Part shown: positions 38,508 through 47,317 of the stretch, piece by piece
Layout of the letters: every line of letters begins with the position of its first letter
Position numbering within the stretch: the first letter of the stretch is position 1
Source of the DNA: Alphaproteobacteria bacterium
GTDB taxonomy: Bacteria > Pseudomonadota > Alphaproteobacteria > RF32 > CAG-239
Direction: 5' to 3'
Assembly (NCBI GenBank): GCA_045637985.1
Contig: JAZUAM010000020.1
Coordinates: forward strand, 66,379-130,378
DNA length: 64,000 nt
Translations under genes and position numbers: made by a program
Notes under the pieces: model-generated
Seen by the model: the letters and a program-made list of their open reading frames with translations, nothing else
What the model was told of the DNA's origin: nothing
Databases searched by the model: none

Positions 38508-39654
38508 TGTAAAAAAAATTTTTTTTCAAAAGGTGTTTGCAAGACAAGAAAAATCTTTTGATGTTGGAATTTTGTCTTTTAACATAAATACAGATACAGC
38601 TAATTATGGAGCAGCACTTCATTCTTATGCATTTCAGAAGTATTTAGAAACATTAAATATTAACAACGTGATAATAAATTACTATCCTCAAAATGTTAAA
38701 TTTAGAAATCATTTCAAAAAAATCAAAGAGTTAGTAAAAAATAAAAGATACAAAGAAATAGTTTTTTATTTAAAATATATGTTTTTGCTAAAGATAAAAC
38801 TGAGAAAAATTTTGTCTTTTTTCAAGAAAAACTGTACAATAACAAAACATCGATATGATGTTAAAACATTAATCTTTTTGAAAAAAATTAATAGGTTTGT
38901 TTGCGAAACAGATGTCACATGGCATAAATTTTCCAAAGGATATGATCGTGGATTTATGTGTGACCTAGAAAATATGAAATATAAACCAAATATTGCTTAC
39001 AGTATTGATTTTGGTTCAAAAGATATTAACGATAAGAATGCAAAACAATTACAAGAATTTGCAAAAAATTTTAAATATATTTCGATAAGGAATATTTTTA
39101 AGTTAGATTATTTTAAAAATATTATACAACGAGATGATGTTGTTTTAACTATCGACCCAGTCTTTTTACTTAAATCTCAAGAATGGCAAAAAATAATTAA
39201 AGCTCCCTTGGAAGAAAATTTTATCTTTGTTTACAATTGTAAAGAAAATGATTATAACATGCTTAAACAAGCAAAAAAATACGCTAAAGAAAAAAAGAAA
39301 AAGATTGTTATTATAAATAGTTGTGATAAGTTTATAGCAGATTATAGAACATATAATTTTAGCTTACATGGTATAGAGGAATTTCTTGGCTATATAGAAA
39401 AAGCTGATTGCATTTTTACAAATTCGTATCATGGAATTTGTTTTTCAATAATTTTTAAAAAACAGTTCATTTGTTTTGATCGCCAAGGAAATAACGATAA
39501 GATAGCAACTCTTTTACAGTTATTTGATCTTTATACTCAATTATATGATGAAAATAAAAACATTGTGGATATTGATTATAAAAAGGTATTCGAAAAACTT
39601 CATATGTATGTAGCAGATTCTAAAAAATTTATAGAACAGTCATTGTGTGTATAG
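38500..39654 (+). CDS. polysaccharide pyruvyl transferase family protein
   Basis: 'VGILSFNINTDTANYGAALHSYAFQKYL' and 'ADCIFTNSYHGICFSIIFKKQF' resemble PF04230-type pyruvyl transferases. Confidence 0.6.
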   Translation: MNNVKKIFFQKVFARQEKSFDVGILSFNINTDTANYGAALHSYAFQKYLETLNINNVIINYYPQNVKFRNHFKKIKELVKNKRYKEIVFYLKYMFLLKIKLRKILSFFKKNCTITKHRYDVKTLIFLKKINRFVCETDVTWHKFSKGYDRGFMCDLENMKYKPNIAYSIDFGSKDINDKNAKQLQEFAKNFKYISIRNIFKLDYFKNIIQRDDVVLTIDPVFLLKSQEWQKIIKAPLEENFIFVYNCKENDYNMLKQAKKYAKEKKKKIVIINSCDKFIADYRTYNFSLHGIEEFLGYIEKADCIFTNSYHGICFSIIFKKQFICFDRQGNNDKIATLLQLFDLYTQLYDENKNIVDIDYKKVFEKLHMYVADSKKFIEQSLCV

Positions 39655-39718
39655 CAATAATCTGTTTTAAAGGACATTTTTATCATCCAGAACGAAGTGA
39701 AGGATTTTCTTCTATTAT

Positions 39719-40056
39719 GTCATTCCTCCAAATCGTTAGATTTGGTCACGGGAACATCCATATTTAAAAACTACAACTTCATGGCTCGGAGTAAGCAAAG
39801 CAAACGACGTCAAGCCATCTTTCTCTATCAAGTCATCCCTTCAAATCGTCAGATTTGGTCATGGGATCTTCCATATTCAAAAATATTGAAGATCGCCGGT
39901 CTCGCTCGTTCCTCGCTCAAGCGATGACTCTCTTCCGGTCATTGCGAGGAGTGAAACAACGAAGCAATCTGATCATCCTCAAAAATGTCATTGCGAGTCA
40001 GCTTCAGCTGACGAAGCAATCCAATCCCGCCACCAATGTCATAGTGAAGTATGCAA
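39719..40056. repeat. array of 'gtcat...' palindromic repeat units (MITE/REP-like)
   Basis: Units begin at 39719, 39832, 39938, 39987 and 40037. The first two (~53 nt: gtcattcctccaaatcgttagatttggtcacggg... and gtcatcccttcaaatcgtcagatttggtcatggg...) contain the hairpin ccaaatc/gatttgg. The next two are gtcattgcgag...gaagcaatc units, one of which has the internal palindrome cagcttcagctg. Confidence 0.7.
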
Positions 40057-40330
40057 TAAAAAATTTTTGTATATTTTTACAAAAACTTTCAATTTTTATA
40101 AAGTTTTTGTAAATATTAGAATAAAACTATTGAAAATTATGTTTTTTTAACAAGCGAAGAATGTTAAAAGAATAAATTTAACCAATTTAAGATATCTGTA
40201 TTTAGCTGTTGCAAAGGACATTTTTGTGCGTTAAAGTCAAAATTTGTTGATGTTTAGCGATTCCTACTTGGCGTAAAACCAAAAAGGTTATATCCTAAAC
40301 GCCTGTTCATTAACCTATGTCGAGGAAAAA

Positions 40331-41479
40331 ATGGTCAAAAAAAAGAGCAAAAAACCAGTTGTTTTACAAGTCTTGCCTGAAATGAATCATGGTGGTGTCG
40401 AGATGGGAACCGTCGAAATCGCTTCCGGTCTTCAAGCCGCAGGCATCAAAAATTTTGTTGCCTCTGCCGGTGGTCGTATGACGTATGATTTGAAAAAACT
40501 TAAAGTAAAACATTTTGAACTTCCGCTAAAGACCAAAAATCCCATCAAACTTTGGTTAAATGCTCGTGAACTTGCCAAAATTATCAAAGAAAACAAGATA
40601 AACATTGTTCATGCTCGTTCACGCGCTCCGGCTTGGAGTGCATATTGGGCTGCCAAAAGCACCGGCGCTCATTTTTTGACTACATTTCACGGCACTTACG
40701 GCTTAGGTCCTTTTGGTATCAAAAAACTTTACAATCGTGTTATGACATATGGCAAATTGGTTATTGCAATTTCAACTCATATCAAAAAACATATGATTAA
40801 AGAATACAAGTTTGATGAAAGCAAAATGCGCCTTATACATCGTTGCGTTAATATTGACAATTTTTCACCCGATAAAGTTTCACAAGAACGCATAATAAGA
40901 ACTTTGCAAGACAACCACATCCCTGAGGATAAGCCGATTATTTCACTTATCGGCCGTGTAACTCGCTGGAAAGGTCAACATTTGTTAATCGAGGCTTTGT
41001 CCAAAGTTAAAAACAAAGATTTTTATTGCTTGATAGTCGGCTCTGATCAAGGTCGCGTTCACTATACTGAGGAACTCAAAGACTTGGTTCACAAATACAA
41101 GCTTGATGCCAAAGTTCAATTTATTGATCACAGTTTTGACATTCCGGCGTTGTTGATGTTGTCAGACATCGTTTTATCAACGGCAATTCAACCGGAAGCC
41201 TTTGGTCGTGCCGCAATCGAGGGGCAAGCCATGGGCAAAATCGTTTTAGCTTCCAATATCGGAGGCTCGCTTGATAACACTATTGACGGGGTAACCGGCA
41301 AGTTGTTTGAAAGCAACAACGCCAAATCTTTGGCAAAAGCCATTGATTGGGCGCTGACTTTGCCTGCTGACGAGAAAAAGAAAATCTCTAAAGCGGCAAT
41401 CAAAAATGTAAAAGATAATTTTACAAAGCAAATAATGTGTGATAAAACAATAGCTGTTTATCATGAAATTTTAGAATAA
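40331..41479 (+). CDS. glycosyltransferase family 4 (GT-B, group 1)
   Basis: 'GRVTRWKGQHLLIEAL' and 'EAFGRAAIEGQAMGKIVLASNIGG'. Confidence 0.8.
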   Translation: MVKKKSKKPVVLQVLPEMNHGGVEMGTVEIASGLQAAGIKNFVASAGGRMTYDLKKLKVKHFELPLKTKNPIKLWLNARELAKIIKENKINIVHARSRAPAWSAYWAAKSTGAHFLTTFHGTYGLGPFGIKKLYNRVMTYGKLVIAISTHIKKHMIKEYKFDESKMRLIHRCVNIDNFSPDKVSQERIIRTLQDNHIPEDKPIISLIGRVTRWKGQHLLIEALSKVKNKDFYCLIVGSDQGRVHYTEELKDLVHKYKLDAKVQFIDHSFDIPALLMLSDIVLSTAIQPEAFGRAAIEGQAMGKIVLASNIGGSLDNTIDGVTGKLFESNNAKSLAKAIDWALTLPADEKKKISKAAIKNVKDNFTKQIMCDKTIAVYHEILE

Positions 41480-41498
41480 TAGAAAGGAATATTTAATT

Positions 41499-43424
41499 AT
41501 GGTTGCGATTAAATTGCCTGATGGCAGTGTGATGGAAATGGAAAGCGGAGTCAATGGTTTTGACATCGCTTCAAAGATTAGCTCCGGTCTTGCAAAGGCC
41601 GCATTAGCTGTAAACGTAAACGGAAAAATGACCGATTTGACCACACCTATCACTACCGACGCAACCGTAACAATCATTACCGGCAAGGATAAAGAGGGCT
41701 TAGAGATCATCCGTCACTCATGTTCTCATATTATGGCAGAAGCTGTCAAAGAGCTTTGGCCTGATGTACAGGTTACTATCGGACCTGCTATCGAAAACGG
41801 TTTTTACTATGATTTTTCTCGCAAAGAGCCGTTTACCACGGAAGACTTTGAGAAGATTGAAGCCAAAATGCACGAGATTGTAAAGCGTGATGAAAAGGTT
41901 GAACGCAAAGTTCTACCTCGTAATGAAGCTATTGCTTATTTCAAAGGCATTGGCGAAAACTACAAAGCCGAGATTATTGAAGATTTGCCCGAAAGCGAAG
42001 TTATTTCGCTTTATTCGCAAGGCAACTTTACCGATCTTTGTCGCGGGCCTCATGTTCCCTCAACCGGCAAAGTAGGTGATGCTTTCAAATTGATGAAAGT
42101 TGCCGGTGCATATTGGCGTGGAGATTCAACCAAAGAAATGTTGCAACGTATTTATGCAACTGCATGGGCTGACAAAAAAGACCTCAAAGCTTATTTAGAA
42201 ATGTTGGAAGAAGCCGCCAAACGCGATCACCGCAAACTAGGTCGCGATATGGACTTGTTCCACTTTGAGCCGGAATATGCTCCCGGAGCTGTTTTCTGGC
42301 ACGACAAAGGCTACAAGATATATCGCAAGCTTATCGAATATATGCGTCATCGCCAAGAAAACAACGGCTATGTTGAGGTTGCTACTCCGCGCATTATGGA
42401 CAGATGTTTGTGGGAAACATCCGGACACTGGGAAAAATACGGCGCTCATAACTATTCCGGCAAAACCGAAGACGAAAAAGTTTTCTGTGTAAAACCGATG
42501 AACTGCCCTGGCGGACTTTTGGTCTATAAACAAGGTGTCAAATCATACCGTGACTTACCTTTGCGTATGGCTGAGTTTGGTATGGTAAACCGCTACGAAG
42601 CTTCCGGTTCTCTGATGGGCTTGATGCGTGTTCGTGAATTTACCCAAGACGATGCCCACATCTTTTGTACGCCGGAACAAATGGAAGAAGAATGTATTAC
42701 CACATTGAAATTGATTTTGGATATTTACAAAGACTTTGGTTTTAATGAAGTTAAGATTTATCTTTCAACCCGTCCGGAAAAACGTATCGGTTCAGACGAA
42801 ATTTGGGATTTGTGTGAAAAATCTTTAGCTAATGCATTAAGTTCGCACGGCTATGCGTTTGAAATAAATGAAGGCGAGGGTGCGTTCTATGGTCCGAAAC
42901 TTGAATTTATTTTGCGTGATGCAATTGGTCGCGAATGGCAATGTGGTACAATTCAGGTCGATATGAACTTGCCGCAACGTTTTGATATCAGCTATATCGG
43001 TGAAGACGGCGAAAAACATCAACCGGTAATGTTGCACCGTGCATTGTTTGGTTCTATTGAACGTTTCTTAGGTATTTTGATAGAAAACCACGCCGGACGT
43101 TTGCCGTTGTGGTTATCACCGGAACAAGTTGTTGTTTGTCCGATTGTCAACGAATTTGACGACTATGCCAAAGAAGTTGCATCAGCTTTGAAAAAAGCAG
43201 GACTGACAGCTAAAACCGATCTTCGTAATGAAAAGATAAACTACAAAGTTCGCGAACATTCTGTTGCCAAGATACCGGTAATTGCGGTTGTTGGTGCCAA
43301 AGAACGTGAAAACCGCACTGTAACGGTTCGTCGTATTGGTTCTGACAAACAAGAAGTAATGTCGCTTGATGCGTTTATTTCTTCTCTTGTTGAAGAAGCC
43401 AAAATGCCCCATATTGATGAATAG
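41499..43424 (+). CDS. thrS: threonine--tRNA ligase
   Basis: 641 aa with an N-terminal TGS domain, 'HRKLGRDMDLFHF', 'FTQDDAHIFC' and 'HRALFGSIERFLGILIE'. Confidence 0.95.
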   Translation: MVAIKLPDGSVMEMESGVNGFDIASKISSGLAKAALAVNVNGKMTDLTTPITTDATVTIITGKDKEGLEIIRHSCSHIMAEAVKELWPDVQVTIGPAIENGFYYDFSRKEPFTTEDFEKIEAKMHEIVKRDEKVERKVLPRNEAIAYFKGIGENYKAEIIEDLPESEVISLYSQGNFTDLCRGPHVPSTGKVGDAFKLMKVAGAYWRGDSTKEMLQRIYATAWADKKDLKAYLEMLEEAAKRDHRKLGRDMDLFHFEPEYAPGAVFWHDKGYKIYRKLIEYMRHRQENNGYVEVATPRIMDRCLWETSGHWEKYGAHNYSGKTEDEKVFCVKPMNCPGGLLVYKQGVKSYRDLPLRMAEFGMVNRYEASGSLMGLMRVREFTQDDAHIFCTPEQMEEECITTLKLILDIYKDFGFNEVKIYLSTRPEKRIGSDEIWDLCEKSLANALSSHGYAFEINEGEGAFYGPKLEFILRDAIGREWQCGTIQVDMNLPQRFDISYIGEDGEKHQPVMLHRALFGSIERFLGILIENHAGRLPLWLSPEQVVVCPIVNEFDDYAKEVASALKKAGLTAKTDLRNEKINYKVREHSVAKIPVIAVVGAKERENRTVTVRRIGSDKQEVMSLDAFISSLVEEAKMPHIDE

Positions 43425-43433
43425 GGTTGTTAG

Positions 43434-43700
43434 ATGTTTGAACTTATAGGTTTAATCGGATCTATTTGTTTTGCGATAAACTCTTGGCCGCAGGCGTGGT
43501 TATCATACCGCACCAAGACGGCCGAGGGTGTATCGTTGTCATTATTGGTATTAGGCACGATTGGCGGATTGTGTTCGTTGGTTTATGTTATAGCCACACA
43601 CCAATACGCCATAGTGCCGAATTTTTTGTGTGGTCTTATGGGAGTTTTGGTTGTTTTTTATTACAAGCTTCAAGACCTTCGCAAAGGAGCAGGGCAATGA
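43434..43700 (+). CDS. PQ-loop (SemiSWEET-like) 3-TM protein, copy 1
   Basis: 88 aa, three hydrophobic helices, 'NSWPQAWLSYRTKTAEGVS'. Confidence 0.6.
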   Translation: MFELIGLIGSICFAINSWPQAWLSYRTKTAEGVSLSLLVLGTIGGLCSLVYVIATHQYAIVPNFLCGLMGVLVVFYYKLQDLRKGAGQ

Positions 43701-43948
43701 TACAATTGATTGGCTATATTGGTTCATTGGCCTATGCATTATGCGGTTTGCCACAAGCGATAATGAGCATCAGAAACGGTCATTCCAAAGGAATCTCGCG
43801 CGGTTATGCGTTTTTGTCTTTGTTTGGTTCAATCTTCAGTATTATCTATGCATTTCCGCGTGCTGATTATGTTTTGTTGTTAAATTTTGGGGCAAACATC
43901 ATAGTCTGGAGCATAATTTTAAAATACAGCTATTTCGAACGCCGTTAG
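43697..43948 (+). CDS. PQ-loop (SemiSWEET-like) 3-TM protein, copy 2
   Basis: 83 aa starting at an internal ATG of the 160-aa track ORF, with an ATGA overlap onto copy 1. 'CGLPQAIMSIRNGHSKGIS'. Confidence 0.6.
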   Translation: MIQLIGYIGSLAYALCGLPQAIMSIRNGHSKGISRGYAFLSLFGSIFSIIYAFPRADYVLLLNFGANIIVWSIILKYSYFERR

Positions 43949-44062
43949 TCATTACAAATCAGCATTTATTTTTTTGTCATCACGAGGCAACCCCCCTCTG
44001 TCATTGCAAGTCAGCCTTTCCTTCCCCCGTCATTGCGAAGCGCTTGCGCTGAAGCAATCCAT
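43948..44062. repeat. second array of 'gtcat...' palindromic repeat units
   Basis: Units start at 43948, 43976, 44000 and 44029. The last is gtcattgcgaagcgcttgcgctgaagcaatcc, the same family as 39938 and 39987. Confidence 0.65.
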
Positions 44063-44200
44063 CCACTATCTCTCCATCTCCCCCTATATAATCCCCACAA
44101 AAAAACACCGCCCAAGCGATGTTTTTTTCAAACCTAATCCTCTGAAACCCTAGGGTTGTAGGAGGGGAAAACTGCATTCTTTATAATCACTAATATTATC

Positions 44201-45211
44201 TCAATCAAATATTACATTTTTTTTAATTATACTTGCAATTTTAATAATTTTTTTGTTTCCACAAGTTCTTAAGGACAACAATTTTATTCCAAACATTTTA
44301 AACTTAATTTCATTTTTAGAGTGTTCATAAAACAAAAAAGATTTTATAGCTAAAAGTAAAGAATAATTTCTCTTTTTTCTTAGAAAACAACAATAGGGAG
44401 ATTCTTTTGCGTATTTCCACCATATTTTTCCTAATTTAGCATTTATAGAGTTCCAAGGCTTTCTTCTATCAGCGTAATGAATTATTATTGGAGAATTCTT
44501 TGCAGAAACTATTTGTTTCATAGTAAAAAAAGAACTTAAATTACTATCAAATATAATTTTAGGCATAGCATTAAATTTTAAATCAATATTTTTTATTTTT
44601 CCAAAACATGCAACATTTATAACATCTTGGTCTTGAGAAGAAAAATTCTGTTTACTTAAATCTAAAAATTTTTTAACTAAATTATCATTTCTGATTTTTT
44701 GTAAATTCATCAATAAAACACCAGCATTAACATAATTTTTCATATGAGGAAGATTTAATCTTTGGCAATTATATGTTTCATTTTTTACATATCCTGCAGC
44801 CAGTACACCAGCAATATAGTTATCAGCCAAATCTATACTTAGTAACTGTTGTAAATCATCACACACAACCACATCCACATCCACATAAATACATTTGCTA
44901 TATTCAATGGGTAATATTTCAGTTGCCAGTAATCTATAATATGTTGGTGATGTAATGTGAGAAATTTGCATTTCTAAATCTGCGAATGCATCTTTCATAT
45001 CAATGAAATGTATATCACACTCATATGTATTTTTTAATTCCAATATTTTATTTTCATTATCAGAAGAAAAAGCACTGGGTACGAGAAGATAAAAGTCGTA
45101 AAATGTATTTTGTTTTTTATTTTCTAGCATTGAATACATTGTTATATACATAAAAGGCGCATAATTATCATCAGAAGCCAAAATTATAGGGCATATCACA
45201 GTATCTTTCAT
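44201..45211 (-). CDS. glycosyltransferase family 8 (LgtC/RfaJ-like)
   Basis: 'ILASDDNYAP', DxD 'YVDVDVVV' and 'NAGVLLMNL'. Confidence 0.8.
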   Translation of the reverse strand: MKDTVICPIILASDDNYAPFMYITMYSMLENKKQNTFYDFYLLVPSAFSSDNENKILELKNTYECDIHFIDMKDAFADLEMQISHITSPTYYRLLATEILPIEYSKCIYVDVDVVVCDDLQQLLSIDLADNYIAGVLAAGYVKNETYNCQRLNLPHMKNYVNAGVLLMNLQKIRNDNLVKKFLDLSKQNFSSQDQDVINVACFGKIKNIDLKFNAMPKIIFDSNLSSFFTMKQIVSAKNSPIIIHYADRRKPWNSINAKLGKIWWKYAKESPYCCFLRKKRNYSLLLAIKSFLFYEHSKNEIKFKMFGIKLLSLRTCGNKKIIKIASIIKKNVIFD

Positions 45212-45225
45212 AACTAATCCTTCTA

Positions 45226-46386
45226 TTATTCAAAACGATTAAATGATTCTTGTGAAAACAACTTTATTCCAAAAATTGTTTTTAATGAGAAGCCATTATT
45301 ATTAACATTAATTTTTAGAACTTTTATTCCAAAGAGCTTATAAATCTTTTTGTTCGGAAAAAATTCAATTTCTAAAAAAGGAATAAAACCAAACAATTTA
45401 TAAAGTGAATTTCTCATCTTAAAAGTATCAGCAAAATAGGTCCAATCATCATTTAAATAAAATTGTGCTAATCCCCTAAACTTTCCAAACTGTTCTTTAG
45501 TACAGTTTGAAACTTCATAATGTATTTTTCGTTTTATTGAATTATTTAACATCCATATTAGGTATTGATTGTTCGTATTTTCTAAAAATTTTTTAATATA
45601 TTTATATGCTAAAATGATATTATGAGCAACTTCTCCTCTTGATGAAGATATAGAATTTTTACGAAATACCCTATAATATACAAAATAATCAGGTAAAATG
45701 AAAATATTTCTAGCTACAGAGCGAGCACACCAATCAAAACCGATATCATTGCATGATGATAAATTTTGAAAATATAGAGAGTTTTGTTTTATGAAGTCTT
45801 TTCTATACAATTTATTCCAAGAGACAGAATCTCCTATATCATACAAAGATTGTGATAAATCATCTCTAGTTACCAAAAATTGCTTGACGGAGGCATCATA
45901 TTTTAAATTAAATTTATACAAATTTTTTGATGCATCATCATATTGATAAGCATTACACATAACTATATCAACATCATTTTCTTTAGCTTTGTTATACATT
46001 TCTTCATGCATATTAAGTTCAAAAAAATCATCGCTATCCAAAAAGCTAAGATATTCCCCTTTAGCAACTGATAAGCCGGCATTACGTGCAATGCCGGCAC
46101 GCAAATTTTGTTGTTTCAATATAGTTATTCTATTATCGTGTTTTGTATATTCTTTTAAGATTTCTAAAGATGAATCTGTAGAACCATCATCAATACAAAT
46201 AATCTCTATTTCTTTTAATGTTTGATTAATTACACTATCTAAGCATTCTCTGAGGTATTGTTCAACATTATATACAGGTATAATTACAGACACTTTAGGA
46301 ATATAATCAATTTTATTTTGAATAACTATTTCTGCTTGGGTAGTTGGTTCACCATCTGCATTTTGAACAGTAATTATTTTAGTCAC
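45226..46386 (-). CDS. glycosyltransferase family 2
   Basis: 'VSVIIPVYNVEQYLRECLDSVINQT', 'IDDGSTD' and 'LDSDD'. Confidence 0.85.
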   Translation of the reverse strand: MTKIITVQNADGEPTTQAEIVIQNKIDYIPKVSVIIPVYNVEQYLRECLDSVINQTLKEIEIICIDDGSTDSSLEILKEYTKHDNRITILKQQNLRAGIARNAGLSVAKGEYLSFLDSDDFFELNMHEEMYNKAKENDVDIVMCNAYQYDDASKNLYKFNLKYDASVKQFLVTRDDLSQSLYDIGDSVSWNKLYRKDFIKQNSLYFQNLSSCNDIGFDWCARSVARNIFILPDYFVYYRVFRKNSISSSRGEVAHNIILAYKYIKKFLENTNNQYLIWMLNNSIKRKIHYEVSNCTKEQFGKFRGLAQFYLNDDWTYFADTFKMRNSLYKLFGFIPFLEIEFFPNKKIYKLFGIKVLKINVNNNGFSLKTIFGIKLFSQESFNRFE

Positions 46387-46420
46387 TTTAAATCTCCGTA
46401 TATCTCGAAAGGTATCATGA

Positions 46421-47299
46421 TTAATTATTAAAATAAAAAAAATAGCTTTTTATTTTGCGAATAAAGAGAAGGTAGCAATTTCCAAAAAGATCTTTGTATT
46501 TTTTATATTCATTATTATTTTCCAAATCGTTCACACTAATGAGTTGCCTAATAAGAAAATCACTCATAGCTTTAATTTCTTTTTTGTTACGATTTTGAGT
46601 TTTTGCAAAATCCAAAGCCTTGCAACAAATCAAGTAAACATCTTCTTTTATTTTTTGCTTTTTTTCAGGTGATTGACTGATAGAATTAGGATTGCTTCGA
46701 TAAAAATTACCGACATAATCAATAGTTGAAAATTTTTTTATAAAATTAGCGGTCATCACCGAAAACAAAATATCTTCAATATAAATCTTCGGATAAAATC
46801 TCAGATTGTTTTTTTGAATCAATTCAGTTTTCCAAAGTTTGTTCCAAACATATCCTCTTTTAAGATTTTTGATTATATTTACAAATCCTTCGACGGTTTT
46901 TGTTTTATAAGAAAATGTTTTATCAATTTGAGTACTAAAAACAGAGTGACCGCATTGCACAACATCAGCATCACTTTTGTTAGCAGCACTTATCAAATTT
47001 TCATAAAAATCAAGTGCTATATAGTCATCGCTATCAACAAAACTAATCCAATCACCTGTTGCATTATCTAAACCTGTATTTCTTGCTACAGATAAACCAC
47101 CATTTTCTTGATGAATAACTTTTATTCGATTATCTTTTTCAGCGTATTCGTCTAATATCTTACCGCTGTTGTCCGGACTTCCGTCATCCACACAAATAAT
47201 TTCCAAATTTTTATATGTTTGGTTGATTATACTGTCCAAACATTGTGGCAAATACTGCTCTACATTATAAACCGGAACAATAACCGAAATTTTACTCAT
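46421..47299 (-). CDS. glycosyltransferase family 2
   Basis: 'ISVIVPVYNVEQYLPQCLDSIINQT', 'VDDGSPD' and 'VDSDDY'. Confidence 0.85.
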   Translation of the reverse strand: MSKISVIVPVYNVEQYLPQCLDSIINQTYKNLEIICVDDGSPDNSGKILDEYAEKDNRIKVIHQENGGLSVARNTGLDNATGDWISFVDSDDYIALDFYENLISAANKSDADVVQCGHSVFSTQIDKTFSYKTKTVEGFVNIIKNLKRGYVWNKLWKTELIQKNNLRFYPKIYIEDILFSVMTANFIKKFSTIDYVGNFYRSNPNSISQSPEKKQKIKEDVYLICCKALDFAKTQNRNKKEIKAMSDFLIRQLISVNDLENNNEYKKYKDLFGNCYLLFIRKIKSYFFYFNN

Positions 47300-47317
47300 T
47301 AGTTCACGTCCTTTACC

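Noticed and set aside
39697-40112. Two overlapping ORFs of 76 and 85 aa
   Set aside because: Their peptides ('CHSSKSLDLVTGTSIFKN' / 'VIPSNRQIWSWDLPYSKI', 'SLRGVKQRSNL') are translations of the tandem palindromic repeat units, with no SD and no domain.
43466-43696. N-terminal 77 codons of the 160-aa track ORF
   Set aside because: This part overlaps PQ-loop copy 1 in another frame. The PQ-loop homology starts only at the internal ATG at 43697, which overlaps the upstream stop as ATGA.
39719-44062. Possible CRISPR arrays (the tandem 'gtcat' units)
   Set aside because: The units are degenerate rather than identical, spacing is irregular (24-113 nt), and there are only 4-5 units and no cas genes in the window. 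I call them REP/MITE-like repeats.
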